A stretch of 64,000 bases of DNA from Mizuhopecten yessoensis (lineage: Eukaryota): contig NW_018408920.1 of NCBI RefSeq assembly GCF_002113885.1, positions 832,308 to 896,307 on the forward strand, written 5' to 3'. The notes below the pieces were generated by a model. It was not told the DNA's origin. It did no database searches and was given only the letters and a program-made list of their open reading frames with translations. Shown here one piece after another: positions 52,501-64,000 of this stretch. Position 1 is the first letter of the stretch; every line of letters begins with the position of its first letter. The position numbers were made by a program, and so were the translations under genes.

Positions 52501-53045
52501 ACCGGACATGGTTTTATATTGTAAGAATGAATTTGATAAGCTTATGTTCTATGTGCCAAGTCCTCAAAAATGGGTACTGGCCATGGCGTATTTTCATTCA
52601 TAAAATAGGTTAAAAATATGGAACAGTGGGTGGGCTTAATATCGGTAAAAGATGGTCAGCTATTTATAATTAAGTTTGCACATTACATTTCATCTTTCAA
52701 AGAAACAGATGATACGCCGATGCTTCAACCCAGTCCGAGATTCCTCTAGCCCTGACACCACACCAAACATCTATTTGCTAATGTCTAAGCCTGGTGTCGG
52801 GGCCAGATGACACTCGTGCTAGCTTCCACCGTCCAAGTTCGACTATTATTTATAAAAACACGATTTCCACATGAACCGGTCACAATCTGAAATCTATATC
52901 AACAACCGGGAGGAAAAGGTTAAATATTTGAGTTTACAAACCTATAAGGAAGTGGCCATGCTGCAAATGTGGACGAAATTATACAGCAAAGGAAAAGTAT
53001 CGATGAAGAAGAGAACAAACCGAAACTGATTCTCTCGTCCGCCAT
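49552..53045 (-). CDS. CLN5: Ceroid-lipofuscinosis neuronal protein 5 orthologue (lysosomal BMP synthase / S-depalmitoylase family), 357 aa
   Basis: Exons (minus) 53045-52942, 52356-52179, 51064-50842, 50425-50336, 50030-49552; GT-AG and in phase (1074 nt). Signal peptide, [61 protein letters not shown] (catalytic His/Glu/Cys positions retained). Confidence 0.96.
51111..51321 (+). mobile_element. Solo LTR of TRIM family B in CLN5 intron 2
   Basis: TGTAGCGGAACT...TGTTACA flanked by perfect CTAT|...|CTAT. Homologous to 39841-39972. A 40-bp B-box-containing segment is triplicated. Confidence 0.88.
51998..52081. mobile_element. piggyBac-like MITE in CLN5 intron 2
   Basis: TTAA|CCCTTTTACC...GGTGAAACGG|TTAA; second copy of 1453-1535. 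Confidence 0.82.
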
Positions 53046-53099
53046 GATGTGTATCATGTGATAGCGAATTAAGAAATCACGTGACAACCAGAAAGGAAA
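53046..53099. promoter_or_regulatory. Bidirectional CLN5/COMMD6 promoter core with CLEAR/M-box motifs
   Basis: TCATGTGA (53054-53061) and TCACGTGAC (53077-53085) between the CLN5 ATG (53045, -) and an AAAATGGCAG start (53100, +). Confidence 0.7.
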
Positions 53100-53122
53100 A
53101 TGGCAGCCCCCACAGCCTTTAC
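53100..53122 (+). other. Probable first exon of COMMD6 (ATG GCA GCC CCC ACA GCC TTT AC|GTGAGT)
   Basis: Strong start context AAAATGG and consensus donor GTGAGT. Direct splicing to 56708 gives only an 11-aa uORF (MAAPTAFTLSI*). Confidence 0.55.
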
Positions 53123-53326
53123 GTGAGTGCGATAACGAGAGATAACAAATTACAGATAACGTCCATACACATCAGTGTGACAGTTATTTACTGTATAATC
53201 CGACATCAAATCGTTAATATCATTGCTGTGGAAATATACACATCCCCGTATAGGATCACGGAATTAGATTAGTCCGTGGTATGATCATATGAAAAAGTTG
53301 ACTGCTCACAGGTAGGCTACTTCCTA

Positions 53327-53968
53327 CAGGTTGGGCACAACGGCGCATATTATGATATGGGTAATAATTCTGCATTTGGGTAACAGTTACCCATGTGAGT
53401 AACAATTTTAATACTGAAATGGGGAATGAAAAAGTGAAATAAAAACACACAAAGTTCTTTTAACACTTGGAGCAAAAAGGGCGTCATTCTGTCAACTCAA
53501 TCAAATAAATAACACAATGATGTACATTTGTGCACAAAAAATTATCAATTTTGATGTCTAACTTTTTGTGAAAAGGACAAACCATATCGCTGACTTTGTT
53601 CCCCATTGACTTCAGTGAGTAGTCAAAGAGACTGATCCAGTGAACATATGACAGGTGAGCATGATTTGTGTATCTCTATTTATAGCTACTCAACAACACA
53701 CTAAGCAATGGAGGTGATACAATTTGTAATTTTCACAAAAAATTAGACAACTGAATTTACATATTTTTGTACACAATTGTACCTCATTGTAATTTTTATT
53801 TAATTATGTTGAAAGAATGATGTCCTTTTTTGTTCATAATGTGTAAAAGAACTTTGTGTGCTTTTATTTCACTTTATTTCCCATTTCAGTAATAAAATTA
53901 TTACTGAAATGGGTAACTGTTACCCGAATGTAGGATTTTTACCCATATGTGCCGTTGTGCCCAACCTG
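53327..53968. mobile_element. Tc1/mariner-like foldback MITE with ~260-bp imperfect TIRs
   Basis: TA|CAGGTTGGGCACAACGGC...GCCGTTGTGCCCAACCTG|TA, with long inverted arms and TA duplication. Confidence 0.88.
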
Positions 53969-54851
53969 TACTACGGTACTAGCATCGTATGTGACACACA
54001 TACGAGGCTAGTACCTGTGGTGTGATGACACTTTCTTAATTTCTTCTTTTCTTTATCAATTTAACTGCAATGTGATACTGTGATACTGTACATGTACCAC
54101 ACACTTGCTGTAAGCACGGACTTAGATCATGTTGTAAACAACTGTCATTCTTTTCGAAAAGTACTGATAAAGAAAAATAAAAAAAAATGTTTTAAAATAT
54201 CGTTATCTTAAGCTGTGTAATGAATTGATTGAATCTGACTGGATTAAGAAATCCTGTGGACTTCAGATAAACCAAAAATGCAAATGTAGCATAAAGTTGA
54301 TTAAAACAGCAGCTTCTTTAGCTGGAATTTTAACATTTGTCTTCTTCACCTTCTACATGTATTTATATGATAGTGCAGGATTTTCTTTTCAATATCTTTA
54401 TTAAATGCAAGTATTTCCATTACTGGGGTTGGTGTCCCATTGCGATATCCACTACATTATTGCAGCTCATATGTATTACAAGAATCTTGATATATAAATA
54501 TATATAGGCTTTTGCCTGCATCCAGTATTATTATATTTTTATTATTAAGAATGAAGTTATATATGCAAGACATGTGTTACTGACAGTTATGGTAGTAATT
54601 GATTTCATGTTTCCCTTGCAGTTTCTTGTTATATGAATTTTATAAAATAGACCTATTTTAAATGATGAACTTAAGTAAATGCATAGCTGTTTTAAGGCTT
54701 TTTTAACTGATGGTTATGTAAGCTGGTCATGTCAGCATATAAGGTGTTTGTACTGACCAGGTCAGTCATCATGGCCTTCAGATACAACTTCATCTTAATT
54801 AAAAATCACTAATTGTGTAGAACAATCTATCTTTTTTGTTTGATGGCATGT

Positions 54852-56261
54852 GGAGGCAAAGATTACTGTCAGCTAGCATTTCATGTTGGGGAGGCAAAGA
54901 TTACTGTCAGCTAGCATTTCGTGTTGGGGAGGCAAAGATTACTGTCAGCTAGCATTTCGTGTTGGGGAGGCAAAGATTACTCAGCTAGCATTTCGTGTTT
55001 GGGAGGCAAAGATTACTGTCAGCTAGCATTTTGTGTTGGGGAGGCAAAGAGTACTGTCAGCTAGCATTTCGTGTTGGGGAGGCAAAGATTACTGTCAGCT
55101 AGCATTTCGCCTCGAGGAGGCAAAGAGTACTGTCAGCTAGCATTTCGTGTCGGGGAGGCAAAGAATACTGTCAGTTAGCATTTCGTATCGGGGAGGCAAA
55201 TATTACTCAGCTAGCATTTCGTGTTGGGGAGGCAAAGATTACTGTCAGCTAGCATTTCATGTTGGGGAGGCAAAGATTACTGTCAGATAGCTTTTCGTGT
55301 TGGGGAGGCAAAGAGTACTGTCAGCTAGCATTTCCTGTTGGGGAGGCAAAGAGTACTGTCAGCTAGCATTTCGTGTTTGGGAGGCAAAGATTACTGTCAG
55401 CTAGCATTTTGTGTTGGGGAGGCAAAGAATACTGTCAGCTAGCATTTCGTGTTGTGGAGGGAAAGATTACTGTCAGCTAGCATTTCGTGTTGGGGAGGTA
55501 AAGATTACTGTCAGCTAGCATTTCGTGTTGGGGAGGCAAAGATTACTGTCAGCTAGCATTTCGTGTCGGGGAGGCAAAGATTACTGTCAGCTAGCATTTC
55601 GTGTTAGGAGGCAAAGATTACTGTCAGCTAGCATATCGTGTCGGGGAGGCAAAGAGTACTGTCAGCTAGCATTTCGTGTTGGGGAGGCAAAGATTACTGT
55701 CAGCTAGCATTTCGTGTTGGGGAGGCAAAGATTACTGTCAGCTAGCATTTCGTGTCGGGGAGGCAAAGATTACTGTCAGCTAGCATTTCGTGTTAGGAGG
55801 CAAAGATTACTGTCAGCTAGCATATCGTGTCGGGGAGGCAAAGAGTACTGTCAGCTAGCATTTCGTGTTGGGGAGGCAAAGAGTCCTGTCAGCTAGCATT
55901 TCGTGTCGGGGAGGCAAAGAGTACTGTCAGCTAGCATTTCGTGTTGGGGGGGCAAAGATTACTGTCAGCTAGCATTTCGTGTTGGGTAGGCAAAGAGTAC
56001 TGTCAGCTAGCATTTCGTGTCGGGGAGGCAAAGATTACTCAGCTAGCATTTCGTGTTGGGGAGGCAATGATTACTTTCAGCTAGCATTTTGTGTTGGGGA
56101 GGCAAAGAGTACTGTCAGCTAGCATTTCGTGTTGTGGAGGCAAAGATTACTGTCAGCTAGCATTTCGTGTTGGGAGGCAAAGATTACTGTCAGCTAGCAT
56201 TTCGTGTCGGGGAGGCAAAGAGTACTGTCAGCTAGCATTTCGTGTTGGGGAGGCAAAGATT
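54852..56261. repeat. 38-bp minisatellite, ~37 copies, in the COMMD6 5' intron
   Basis: GGGGAGGCAAAGATTACTGTCAGCTAGCATTTCGTGTT units. Degenerate copies continue to ~56460. Confidence 0.97.
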
Positions 56262-56749
56262 TAAAATATTACTGACAGGGATGTGAAGGCGAAGATTTCT
56301 CTTTAGCCAGTGTTTTGTGTGATAGGTTACTCTGAGTGATGCGTTTAGGCAAATATAACTTGTCAACAATATCAATGTGTAGACAAAGATTACGGACTTT
56401 CAGCCAGCTTTTTCTGCGATGAGGAGACTTTTTACTGTCAGCCAGCATTTAATGCTATAGGTGAGGGGGCATTGTGAGCAAATTGAAAGGGACAAAGTTC
56501 TGTCAGCGCCCAATCTCCCAACATAAATTACTCTGAATTTTGTTTTTAGAAGATTCAAAAACAAAATCACACAATACCACCATTTGTCTCTGTATACTAA
56601 TACACAAACTATGTGATGTTACATCAGTTAGTTACATTCTATTGAATTCTTGTTTATAAAGCTGATTCAGTTGTTCATTTTGATGAGTTGGTCATATTTA
56701 TTTTCAGCTTATCCATATAACTATGATGATTTGATGAGAGAGATTAGCA

Positions 56750-57788
56750 ATGGACATGAACTGTGACAGAATCCTTGATGTTGGGCAGGTAATATAATAG
56801 TGTCATTAAGTTAAAATCTCGGTAATAAAGACGGAGTAAAGATTTGTTTCTGGACTATTCTGGGTTATACATTTCTATTTACTCTTTTGTGTAGGATAAA
56901 AAAAATAAAAAATTATAGTACTTTTACCTAGATTGTTACCATTGGTTACATAATGAAACTATAAAGTTCTAAAATTAAGATTTATTTTACAGCATTTGTC
57001 CTTAATATGATTCATGAGTTTGAAAAAATTAGAATTTTTGTATAATTATCGAAGTTTTACATTTTATACAAACAAGTTTATTGGTGAACATGATTCAAAC
57101 TGAATTGCTTTATATAATTTTTGTATAATTTTCCAGTTGGTTGATCTCAAATGGAAAGTGGGTGTGGCGATGAGCTCGGATACTTGCCGTAGTTTGAACA
57201 GTTCCTATGTTGCTATGGCAATCAAGGTCGCAGATCCATCAGGGAAGGTCACAAGTCATAAATTTGAGATGACAGTCCAGCAGTTCCAGGTATCCATCAA
57301 CTAACCTGTGCAGTAATATACAGGGGACCTCAGGGCTCTGGTTGTTATTGGTATAATTTGGTCAGAAGTTGAAATATTCATGTGACAATTCCTTGCCAAG
57401 CTGGGAAACTACATGACTACATGAATTTTAAAGATATTGATGTGTATATAGAGGCATCAATGCCTGCGTCCACTAATATCCTATTAAATCCTATTAAATG
57501 ACTTGCCGCATACCCAAGGCTACAGATGTACCTCATTTGGTAATCTCAGATATATATGCAAGGAAGATATAATGCTAACACACAAAAAACATTCTTGTAC
57601 ACAGTCAAGGCTACATGAGGAAACCAGGAACTTTTCTCCAAAGAAATATTATACCTACCTATTAATGTTAAATGTTGTCCACACAGAAAAATAAGATGAC
57701 ATGATTTACCTATAAATATGTTTGTTTTCTTCCACAGAATTTTTCCAAGCAGCTAAAAGACATGGCTAGTGCAATGGAAACCGTATGA
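56750..57788 (+). CDS. COMMD6: COMM domain-containing protein 6, short form (~80 aa)
   Basis: Coding exons 56750-56788 (exon acceptor at 56707), 57137-57289, 57738-57788. QLVDLKWKVGVAMSSDTCRSLNSSYVAMAIKVADPSG...FEMTVQQFQNFSKQLKDMASAMETV matches the COMMD6 COMM domain. The start codon is less certain than the identity. Confidence 0.9.
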
Positions 57789-59406
57789 CGACAGAAACTA
57801 GTTAAAAGGAATGGAGTTCAATTGTAAAACATGCTTAGCGGTCAGTCTGAAAACTTGTGGGGGGCAGATTGTGGTGCTGATAGTGTGGTTTGTGCCTCTA
57901 AATAATATATGACAATCATGGCATCTCTTGTGAATTTGTGGAAACTGAAGAGTTCTTTATTGAAAAAGATGTATAATTCAAGATTACAGAATCCAAAACA
58001 ACCTGTTGAATTTGAACAGGGCACATGACAGAGAAGATAATTTAGGTGGCACTGAACCAAAAAGACAGATCTGAAATTTAACAAAGGTTTGTTTACGGCG
58101 TTTCAAGTCGGTGAGACCTGTCAAAGAAAGAAAAGGACAAATAGGACATTTTAGATGACACAGAATTGATATGATGGAACTGGAAGTTAGTGAAGATCTG
58201 TAAAGGATTAAGATGTGTGAAAATCTGAAGAAGACATCGAGGGTGACACAGACCCTGTTTAACAAAGATGAAAGTAAATATAGATCTGTTGAAGTTACCT
58301 GTTATGTGTACAGCTGTGGGAACCGTATCTCAAGGTCCTGTTTTTATTTTAAAAATCTAAGATTATCATATCTATGGTCAGATAATCTTAATTTGTTTTT
58401 GATATAGTCTAGATAGATATAGATAATCTAGATTGTCCAAATTGATAAAATTGGACAGACCTTGAGCTACGTCTCCTGTAGCTAATTTGTTCTGTGGCAG
58501 ACTTTTTCATCCACAAACAGACACCATAAGCTGCAAGGCAGACATGACTGATGCTGCGTATGATAATAAAATTGATAGAAATAATTTTAATAATTTGATT
58601 CTAGATATAACAAAAAGATAGGTGTTGAGTTGAATATTGAAAAACAGCAGAAATTAAATGAATCATGTTTATTTATTAAAAAGCTAAGTCTCTAGGCAGT
58701 GTATAACCTGATTGTGTTTGAGAGAAGACAACGTAGCTTAGACCGAATAGTTTCCTGTAGTTGTGGATGAAAGAGTTTGCTGTGTGCATGAAGTTAGTTG
58801 AATTTGTTTGTTAAAATGTTGTACTTTTTGACTCAAACAAAAGTGTTGTATAAAGATTGGTTAAATATTGTTCTGAGAAAACTATGACAGTCATAAATGA
58901 TTTAATTTTGACATAGAAACTGCATCATTAATAAAAATAAATAATCTTTACTCAAAAGTTTAACACAAGATTGATATTCTCCACCAGATCAACACTATAA
59001 CCTTATTAGTCGGCAGACGTTTCACATACACTACTTAATTAAAGAAATCCTTGACTTATATTAGACCTTAGGAAACATCGTGACATGAAGAAAAAAATCA
59101 TTAACTTGACATTTTTTTCTTGCTCTAGAAATGCTCTCAAATAGAAAAAAGTGAAGCAAAAGAATTTCCTACAGCGGAGGATTGATCATGAGCATTTTCT
59201 GTATCACAAAGTTTTATCCATATCAATACACTGTATATGAAAACTATCATGAAATAGAAAAAAATATTTGGTTTGTTTACTTTTATTTGGGCTTTGAGGA
59301 AAAGGGAATTTTTAAGACTCAAAAACATAAATATTAATGTCAAAATTGAAATGATTTTTCCCCCTAAAACAGCATTATTTTGATGCTCTAGTTTTGGATA
59401 CATGTG

Positions 59407-59714
59407 GTGCTCTTTGTGGACTCAGCCCTGACACAGGTTTATTTATAGATGTTGTAACTGTCTAGAGCTGCTCTTTGTGGACTCAGCCCTGACACGGGTT
59501 TATTTATAGATGTTGTAACTGTCTAGAGCTGCTCTTTGTGGACTCGGCCCTGACACGGGTTTATTTATAGATGTTCTAACTGTCTAGAGCTGCTCTTTGT
59601 GGACTCAGCCCTGACACGGGTTTATTTATAGATGTTGTAACTGTCTAGAGATGCTCTTTGTGGACTCGGCCCTGACACAGGTTTATTTATAGATGTTTTA
59701 ACTGTCTAGAGCTG
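59407..59714. repeat. 61-bp tandem repeat x5
   Basis: GCTGCTCTTTGTGGACTCAGCCCTGACACGGGTTTATTTATAGATGTTGTAACTGTCTAGA units. Confidence 0.95.
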
Positions 59715-62153
59715 TTGATGCACTTAAATAAACTTTTTATCTTAGATTCTAACACTTTTAAAAGTCTGGGTCACAGAGTATAATATTTTTGATTATTTAT
59801 TTGCTATATTTTGCCGAATTATAAAGATACATATATACAACACCATATCTCGGGGACAGTTTCCTTCTATTTATTGTACTCGGATGTATACAGATTTATG
59901 TGACAACCAATAATACGGGCTACTTTCTGCATTACATGTTATCACTGCACATTACATGTACTGTATTTATCCTGCAACCCGCGAGAGGGGGGGGGGGGGG
60001 GGGGGTAGTACATAAACTTACGACGCAAAGTAGGGGCGGGTTTATTGTGTATGACATTTTACTAGAGCTTAATGTTTAAATGTTGAATAAACATGGTAAT
60101 TACCAGTAATATTACCTATGCATTCCAAAGTGCAGATCAATGTAATTGTGCCATTTACCATATACAGTGTATATAGGAAAGAAAAAAAACAAAAATCCAT
60201 GTACAACTTTTTCTAACTTACACGATACTATGTCGCAGTGACCTGAAAATCTAAATTTTGTGTCAACATAAATTTATGATCAATAAATCAATTGTAACAT
60301 CAGTAAATTGTTATCATTAAAACTTTTCTCTAAAAAATAGAAATGACCTTGCAGAATTCCATGCAAATTTCTTCAGTCTTTAGAAGTGTCAGATTAGATA
60401 TGCTTTGTTGTCTGTAAACTGCTATTTGTTGCACAGACAAGATTAAAACACTGGAGTTATATTCTTTGATGATATGTTGATCATAAATTGCACAGACAGA
60501 TGCCAAGCTGTTCCATATTTACGAGGGAATTATTTTGGTATGGGTTGTTAGTCTGATAAACAGATTTTGTGTGTACATATCCTATATACATATTTCCATG
60601 TTAAACAAACTTGTTGCTTTTTATTACGTATAATTTTATCATGTATAATTTTTTGCAATTTTTGCTATTCTACCTAGAAATCTCACAATCCCTTACATTG
60701 ACTTTTTCTACTGTGTAATAAAGTATTAGATATTGAAATCTATTTTTAATGATTTATTTAAGAAATAATCAGCGTATGTTCGTGTGTTATGGTGGAATAT
60801 ATAAAAAGGATGAGAAATTGTTAAAAAAATAATTAACGAAGGGCGCTTATTCCACTATAATATACAAACATGTTGACTTTATCAAGTACCTGGTACAACG
60901 TTTCAACAGAGACTGTGTGTCTACCTAGTGTGTATATGCCAATGATAAGCAAGGTGACCCAGATAAACTGATTATTTAAATTAGGCATGCTCACATTTGT
61001 TACGTGATGCCTTATGTCTTCATTTCACAACAAGTTTTAGTTCTATTTTGTGTATTTAACCTGGATATATTTCGGAAGGACTTTTCACTTTCATTCATCA
61101 TCATTTGGTCAACAGACATTACACTTTATGCAAGATGTTTATTTCAGTCAATTAAATCCACTAATCTATCGACATCACTCGAGAAATTTCTGACTGTGAG
61201 CTTGACAAGTTTTAAAAAGATCTAAAGGTTAAAAAGAGTTTTTTTTTGTTTGTCTGCTAGTAAATCTTCAAATACATACAAAATGAAATGTGGGTACCCT
61301 AGTTCGACATATGAAACCAGTCCCACAACTCGCTTGCTTACCAGATTTGTGGGAAAGGTTTTGCAATAGCGTTGGTCTGTTGGAAAATCATACATGCACT
61401 GCATTGTCTATCTTCCATTCTAACATGATTCGTTTGCAACGGGTGTTTTGATTGGATACGGACCATGCTCTAATCTGCGATAGAATCAGGATCAATCGTG
61501 TTAAGCTCCTCCCATCGCACTTAAGCCACGCCCCGTTTCTAACCAAAACAATATGGCGTCAAGCTCGCCTCTTAGCGAAATCCCGCTGATAAGGCTAGTA
61601 AGCAACAGAACAGAAACGACCGACGAAATGTATTTGTTGAATGAATTAAAAAGTAAAAAGTACACATTCCTTGTTCTTACCTCGATTTATTACTGAAACG
61701 TTTGTTCCATCCATGTGAAGGCATCTACATTGTATTTAGATCCAAAATCAAATGAAATATTTCACATGTGTCGTATGCATTTACACAAAACTCTTCACAA
61801 ATCTATACAAATAATCACCGATTTTGTCGATAAGCACAGATTGGTATGCATACTGACATGGAAATGTAAGAACTTGGTCAATATTAATCCAAATGTGTCG
61901 TATAAACTTTGGTAACAGGACGTTCACGAACAATCCAAATAATACGCCTCGTCAACATACAGATTGAGCGCTCTCCAGTATGGGAGGGGCCAAATGACCG
62001 ACTTTTGAAAGCTTCTTTCCGATAGGTCAGTCCGCTGCAGAATGACACGTCGCCAGTTCAAGTAACAAAGTATTTTACTACGTACTTTGGTACAAGGAAA
62101 TACAATGTTTCTAAACATATTAGCGTAGTATATTTGTTAAAGTGTGTTAGAAT

Positions 62154-63746
62154 GGGGATAGTACGTTGTTTTTAGCTCACCTGGTCCGAAGGACCATGGT
62201 GAGCTTATGCCATACCACAGCGTCTGTCGTCCATCCGTCAACTTTTCCTTTAAATCGCTACTTGTCATGAAAGACTTAGCAGATTTTGACCAAATATTTT
62301 GACCAACTTTTGTCAGAAGCATCCTTGGGGGAAGGGTAACAAATTTTGTATAAACAGTGGGTCTGGCCCCCCAGGGGCCTGAGGGGCGGGGCCCAATAGG
62401 GGAAACATAGAAAATTGTTTAAAATCCTTCTTCTTCTGTAGGAATGAAAGGATTTTATCCATATTTGGTCTGAAGCATCCTTGGGTGAAGGGGAACCAAT
62501 TTTGTATAAACTGTGGGTCTGGCTCACCAGGGGCCTGAGGAGCAGGGCCCAATAGGGGAAACATAGCAAATTGTTTAAAATCCTTCTCTAATTTGGTAGG
62601 AAGGAAAAGATTTGGTCCATATTTGGTCTGAAGCATTATTGGTCAAAGGGGAACCAATTTTGTATAAATGGTGGGTCTGGCCCCTGAGGGGCAGGGCCCA
62701 ATAGGGGAAATATAACTTATTCTTCCAAATCCTTCTTCTTTTGTAGGAAAAAAAGGATTTGTTCCATATTTGGCCGGAAGCATCCTTGGGTGAAAGGGAA
62801 CCAATTTTGTATAAACCGTGGGGCCTGAGGGGCGGGGCCCAATAGGGGAAACATAGCAAATTATTCTTTAAAATCCACCTCTTTTGGTTGGAATGAAAGG
62901 ATTTTATCCATATTTGGTCTGAAGCACCCTTGGGTGAAGGGCAACCAATTCTGTATAAACCGTAGGTCTGGCCTCCAAGGGGCCTGAGGAATGGGGCCCA
63001 ATAGGGGAAACATAGCAAATTATTCTTTAAAATCCTTCTTCTTCTGTAGGAATGAAAGGATTTTGTCCATATTTGTTGTGAAGCACCAATAGGTCAAGGG
63101 GAACCAATTTTGTATAAACCGTGGGGCCTGAGGGGCGGGGGCCAATAGGGGAAACATAGCAAATTATTCTTTAAAATCCTTCTTCTTCTGTAGGAATGAA
63201 AGGATTTTGTCCATATTTGTTGTGAAGCACCATTAGGTCAAGGGGAACCAATTTTGTATAAACGGTGTATCTGACCCCGTTGGAGGCAGAGAGGCGGGAC
63301 CCAATAGGGGAAATAGAGGAAAAACCTTTAAAATCCTTCTTCTACCATAGGGATTAAGGGATTTAATCCACATTTAGTATGGAGCATCCTAATTGGCCAA
63401 GGGGACTCAATTTTGTATAATGGGTGGGTATGACCCCCCAAGGGGCATAGGGGTGGGGCTCTGTTTGAAGTTTGTTCTCACTATATCTCAAGTACTGGAT
63501 GGATCTTTCTGAAATTTCATATGTACTTACAGCACCTACCATGGAGTGCTATATCTTTACTTCATACCAATTATTTTAAACATATTCAGGTGAGCGATAC
63601 AGGCCCTCTGGGCCTCTTGTTCGTGTATATACTGGCGATTAGAACATGAAATTTGGTTTAAACTCTCGTCCTACCGGTCTCGAGTTCAAACCCAAATTTT
63701 ATGTTCTAATCGCCAGTATAGCCACTCAAAACAACGTACTATCCCC
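62154..63746. mobile_element. Palindromic host element split by the HINE insertion
   Basis: GGGGATAGTACGTTGTTT [HINE] ...TATACTGGCGATTAGAACAT...ATGTTCTAATCGCCAGTATA...AAAACAACGTACTATCCCC. Removing the HINE restores a ~140-bp hairpin. Confidence 0.75.
62169..63621 (+). mobile_element. Well-preserved HINE (Helentron-associated, pearl/Helitron-N2-like) with internal tandem array
   Basis: 5' TTTTTAGCTCACCTG, hairpin GGTCCGAAGGACC, (GTCC)-like microsatellite, ~7-8 core repeats of ~141-159 bp (CCCAATAGGGGAAA marker), subterminal inverted CAGGTGAGC, 3' hairpin AGGCCCTCTGGGCCT then CTTGTT. Confidence 0.88.
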
Positions 63747-64000
63747 TAAATGGTTATTAACCCATGAAAAGTGTCATTACATCACAAATGTGATCAAATT
63801 TCAGTACAAAGATCATGTATAAAATATATCAATAATGTTGACTACTTCGTTTCATAGTTTACATCTACATCATTACCCATGTAAGTCAAAGTCTGGTGAA
63901 TTCAAGTCAAAGCTTTCTTAATTACACCCTGTAATATGATTGAACACCATAAGAGAGACAACTTTGACCTGCTTGGAGGAAACAATGGTTATTTTGATAA

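Noticed and set aside
59987-60005. Poly-G run as a G-quadruplex regulatory element
   Set aside because: Isolated homopolymer, common in such genomes and error-prone in assemblies, with no supporting context.
62137-63018. ORFs with repeated CFPYWAP / LLGPAPQAPG peptides
   Set aside because: Translations of HINE core repeats.

Overview
AT-rich eukaryotic genomic DNA, most likely from a bivalve mollusc (inferred from the repeat families, not proven). Six protein-coding genes can be reconstructed. Four are spliced: ATP6V0B (V-ATPase c'' subunit, +, 7 exons), centrin (+, 5 exons), CLN5 (-, 5 exons) and a short COMMD6 (+). Two are intronless, convergent, paralogous LRR-Ig-mucin-TM receptor genes flanking a 17-copy 97/98-bp satellite. 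CLN5 and COMMD6 sit head-to-head across a 54-bp gap containing two MiT/TFE-type (CLEAR/M-box) motifs. The rest is a layered repeat landscape: four decayed LINEs, Helentron-associated (HINE-like) elements, nested MITEs, SINEs and several minisatellites. It also holds at least two families of miniature LTR retroelements whose LTRs carry tRNA-like Pol III promoter boxes (TRIM, Helenus-like), including a solo LTR with a perfect 4-bp TSD. All calls were made by eye; family assignments for repeats need database confirmation.
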